Of a stretch of 64,000 nucleotides of DNA, positions 59,964 through 64,000 are shown one piece after another; position 1 is the first letter of the stretch, and every line of letters starts with the position of its first letter. The translations under genes were made by a program, and so were the position numbers. The stretch is from Octopus bimaculoides (taxonomy: Eukaryota), in assembly GCF_001194135.2 (NCBI RefSeq), contig NC_068985.1, forward strand, positions 53,775,841 through 53,839,840, given 5' to 3'. A model generated the notes under the pieces. It saw only the letters and a list, made by a program, of their open reading frames with translations. It made no database searches and was not told where the DNA came from.

Positions 59964-62390
59964 AACTAGCACATACACACCCATTCGGTTTTACTGACAA
60001 TCTATTCATTTACTCATTTGTTCATTTACTCATTTGTTCATTTACTCAATTAATCACCTGTGTCCTATTGATTATATGCTTCCACACCCTTGTTTTTGCA
60101 ATTACCAACTCTTTCTATTTGATAAATCTGTACTACTAATACATGTGTACATATGCATGTGTATGTATTCATCTAATACATTGGAATAAATAGACATATT
60201 GGAATGTCTACCGGCTGATGTCTGTCGATTTTGTATCCTCTCCACTTTCTTATTTGCCGTATAAATCAAGGGTAAACCACTTTTTAACCTCGCCCATATT
60301 TAACACTCTATTGCGAGATTGCCACGCAATAACTAGTACTTGAGTATGAATAATTTGAGTACACTACCAGCAGTATATTGGACAGGTACTATCCCTTAGT
60401 TGGTTTCTCAACCTCTAACTCACACAGAAATATATATATATATATATAAAAGATAATAAGAGTGAAAAAACTATATATATATANNNNNNNNNNNNNNNNN
60501 NNNNNNNNNNNNNNNNNNNNNNNNNNNNNNNNNNNNNNNNNNNNNNNNNNNNNNNNNNNNNNNNNNNNNNNNNNNNNNNNNNNNNNNNNNNNNNNNNNNN
60601 NNNNNNNNNNNNNNNNNNNNNNNNNNNNNNNNNNNNNNNNNNNNNNNNNNNNNNNNNNNNNNNNNNNNNNNNNNNNNNNNNNNNNNNNNNNNNNNNNNNN
60701 NNNNNNNNNNNNNNNNNNNNNNNNNNNNNNNNNNNNNNNNNNNNNNNNNNNNNNNNNNNNNNNNNNNNNNNNNNNNNNNNNNNNNNNNNNNNNNNNNNNN
60801 NNNNNNNNNNNNNNNNNNNNNNNNNNNNNNNNNNNNTATATATATATATATATATCTATATATATTAGCGCGAGCACGTTATCTTTAAAATGGCATGGTT
60901 TACATTGATTTGATATCATTGAATCCGATAGTGTATATCCATAAGTATCTTTATGAAATGCATGCGGGAAGATCGCTGGCAAGATGTGCAACACGAAAGA
61001 AGCTCGAACGCCAGCAGTGAATAACGTAAAATAATAGATCCATAAGATATAATGCAATTATGTTAAAAGCACTTCGATGCATTGTTAATGTAGTTTGTAT
61101 TATTACCAAACACAGTACTACCGTAAATACCATTATCCCATCTACGTTTATGTGTAGTGAAAACTTAAGCTCATCGCATTCACGTTATTATCAACCTTTT
61201 GCTGCAAGCCGAACGAAAGAAACGTATTGTTTGTATATATACATGAAGTTGTATGATCAAATATTGTTACAAACAAAATGAAAGTGAAGCGAAGCAAGCT
61301 GATATGTAGATATTTAATATCGATGTAATCTTAGTAATAATTATGCTGAAAAGTAAAATTCTAAAAGTATATTTACCTTTGTTAAAACAATGAAATATCA
61401 ATTCTTAGCAGAACACCGGCATGGATCTCAAATTTTGGAACAAAGCCAACAAATTTGGGGGAGAGTGTGAGTCGATTATATCGACCCAGTGCTCAACTGT
61501 TTTTATTCTATCGACCCTGAAAAGAGGAAAAGTGAAGTCGACCTCTATGGAATTTGAACTCAGAACATTCGCTAACTCCCTCCGTCCGATCAACAAGTGC
61601 ACGGTGTGTCACCCATCAGCTGTCGAAATGATTAAAGGGCAACGTGAGATTAAGTGTTTTGTTCACGAGCAATATTCCTTGTTCATCTGGTAGATGAATT
61701 TGCAGTCTCTGTATTGCAGGTGCTCTTTCATGAATTGAAAATCCTAAAATGAATGCAACTGCTTCGGATAGTCCAATACACCTACCCATTAGATATTGAC
61801 TAATTTTGTTATCGTTGTTTATTTGAACAGCAGCTTGGTTATTTTTTTTCTTTCAGCGCGTACTTGATGATGTACTTAATTTACCTCACAGAGAGAACAA
61901 TTTCAACGTTGCAGTGGCATTTGAATGTTCGTAAAAGAGTTTCATTATAAGGTACAACCCATTTGTGGTTGTTTGTTTTTTCCATTCTTATGAGATTCAA
62001 CTCCTCTCATTGCAACTGATCTTATAAAGAGATAGACTCTCCGTCTGTTTTTCTGCTTTTTGATTACGATGATATAGATTAATATTTTATTTTAAATAAA
62101 ATAGTAATTTTTCCCCGTAAGAAAAAAAATCAAGTACCTGTGATTCAAAAACTATGTCATAAAAATATAGGGAGAATTTTCTCTTTCAATCTACGGCACT
62201 CGAAAGTTGTATAAATGATTAAGGGGAGAAAAAAAGTAAGGAAAAAGGATGGTAAAAAGAAGGTAGCTACGACAACTCTTTAAAGTGTCGGCATTTCCAG
62301 TTTCATTGTTTAGGGGGAAATGACTATTTTATGTGTAATCTTTATCATCTTAATTAAATGACAGGAAAACAAACTTTGAGTTTTAGTATT

Positions 62391-62391
<1 letters not shown>

Positions 62392-62431
<40 letters not shown>

Positions 62432-62511
62432 AAGATAGGCAAGCAGGCAGGTAGGCAGGCAGTCAGGCAGGCAGGTAGGTAGGTAGGTAGATAGATAGGT
62501 AGGTAGGTAAG

Positions 62512-62563
<52 letters not shown>

Positions 62564-62765
62564 CAGACAGAAAGACAGGCAAGCAGGCAGGCAGGCAGGT
62601 AGGTAGATAGGTAGGTAGGTAGGTAAGTAGATAGGTTTCTTTATTAGCCACACAGGGCTCAACACNNNNNNNNNNNNNNNNNNNNNNNNNNNNNNNNNNN
62701 NNNNNNNNNNNNNNNNNNNNNNNNNNNNNNNNNNNNNNNNNNNNNNNNNNNNNNNNNNNNNNNNN

Positions 62766-62808
<43 letters not shown>
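62392..62808. repeat. Compound (GATA)n/(GGCA)n/(GGTA)n microsatellite containing a LINE 3' end (62637-62664) and a gap
   Basis: Direct reading; minus strand GTGTTGAGCCCTGTGTGGCTAATAAAGAAA runs into (CTAT)n. Confidence 0.85.
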
Positions 62809-62809
62809 G

Positions 62810-63950
62810 TTGGTTCTTTGCCTTTTGGGCTTCCCCCATTCATCATCACTTGGATGCGTTGAGGAGTCCACGTCTTGTATGTTTTCTTCCGGTGTTGTTT
62901 GTTCTGGTTCTCTTGTAGTTGTTGTTGTTGCTCCTGCTAGTGTAGCTTCCATCACTGCTGCTGGTGCTACTCCTACTGCCATCTTCACTGTAACACTTAC
63001 CTGGTTTGTCTCTTTAGGTTCAATTTCTGTTTCTATTCCCCTATCTTTCTGTTGTTCTTGTTTTTGTCGACACATAGTGCTTTCGTTTGGACATTTCTTT
63101 CTGCCCTTCTGTTCTGATTCTGTGGGAAGAAAACCCGTAAGTGACCCGTTGAACCACAATCGTGGCACCTCGGCCTTCTGCCCTGCACGTTCACCCTTAG
63201 TTCTACTCCATCGAGAGGAAAATCAGGTCTGGAACTTACTCTAACTGCTCTGACTTTGCTTGGACAAGAACCTCCAAGGTAGTCCCAACTCAATTCTCCT
63301 TCCTTGATCTTTTAACAACCAGGAGATTCTCTCCCCCGTCCGTACAAATACGGGCAAGGATCCACCACAAATCCAGGCCTGGTGGGACTCCAGGTACCAT
63401 AATTCGTACCACCCTTCTTCCCTTATATGTTGGGAAGAGGGCGATTTCCTCGGTGCAACGCGTGGTCACCGACCACTGTATTGCCTGCCCTTCGGTTTTA
63501 AAAAGGATCTCAACTTTGCCGTCTTGCCTAGCTCACGCAATGTGATGGATATCTTGCCATATGTCTTTCAAGGCTTTTCCCACCTGGTCGCGTTCGGCAT
63601 TTTCGAGTTTCCTTGTCTTTGTGTTCACGCACTTGTAGACAACTGCCCGTTTGGCAGTTGCTTCAAGCACGTCGCTTGGAGGTGTCAGTTCTGCCCTCCT
63701 TCCATTCATTTTCATATATTTTGCTGCCTTGTTTTAGTTTTTCTATTTTGTTCTCCAATGAGATGTTAACCAATTCCTTAGCTGCAAAAGTCTCTTTCCC
63801 GCTGCTAACTCCATTTTTGTTAGATTCTTTGTGGTAGTTGCTTTCAATGTTGTTCTTTGAGCGACTACAATTTTCATGTAGTGAAGAAGATTTACTCCTT
63901 CCTTCCTCTTGCCTTCTTTCTGCCTTTCATCTTTCTTCTTGTCTTGACTC
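62810..63950 (-). mobile_element. Tx1/L1-like LINE 5' region and decayed ORF1 (gag-like, zinc knuckle)
   Basis: GKVEILFKT..RRVVRIMVPGVPP..LRVNVQGRRPRCHDCGSTGHLRVFF (CCHC with last C mutated), then a low-complexity tail; preceded on its own strand by (GAA)n. Confidence 0.65.
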
Positions 63951-63953
63951 TTC

Positions 63954-63984
<31 letters not shown>

Positions 63985-64000
63985 CTTCTTCTTCTTCTTC

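Larger units (their letters stand above)
58908..60256 (+). mobile_element. Penelope-like element remnant: degenerate GIY-YIG endonuclease between inverted pseudo-LTRs
   Basis: 58908-59330 is the reverse complement of 59816-60256 at high identity; the spacer translates (with frameshifts) as DSVFVGKKRTLTS..H..SATLHLLTGTLH..LSFLKKLLLK..N, resembling YVGxTxRxLxxRFxEH..SAxxxHL..LxxLExLxI..N. Confidence 0.65.

Noticed and set aside
61857-61930. Strong + strand acceptor (branch-like GACTAAT, T-rich tract, CAG) followed by RVLDDVLNLPHRENNFNVAVAFEC
   Set aside because: Weak donor (GTAAAA) and no recognisable homology; needs RNA-seq

Overview
AT-rich, microsatellite-dense, gapped animal genomic DNA with about 14 N-runs. 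The repeat content resembles Octopus/cephalopod sequence, which is an inference from the SINE families. The only host gene I can support is four symmetric phase-1 exons on the + strand (4483-10386), each encoding one LDL-receptor class A module; the rest of the gene is not recognisable here. The remaining sequence is mostly mobile-element debris. It includes several tRNA-derived SINE families, often piled up between (ATT)n tracts, and a decayed D,D34D mariner (25845-27175). There is also a Tigger-like MITE, an ISL2EU-like deletion derivative with SAP and partial SWIM coding sequence (19815-20543), and RTE, CR1, CRE, HERO and Tx1 LINE fragments. A same-strand stack of R4/Dong-like RLE LINEs sits in (TAA)n tracts (48.3-55.2 kb), and there are two Penelope-like remnants. 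The most notable structure is a Penelope-like GIY-YIG remnant between ~430 bp inverted repeats (58908-60256). Each repeat carries a candidate type I hammerhead ribozyme with a palindromic minimal stem III and an unusually long stem II insert. Family assignments come from motif recognition by eye, not database searches. Most listed ORFs are microsatellite, gap or antisense artefacts.
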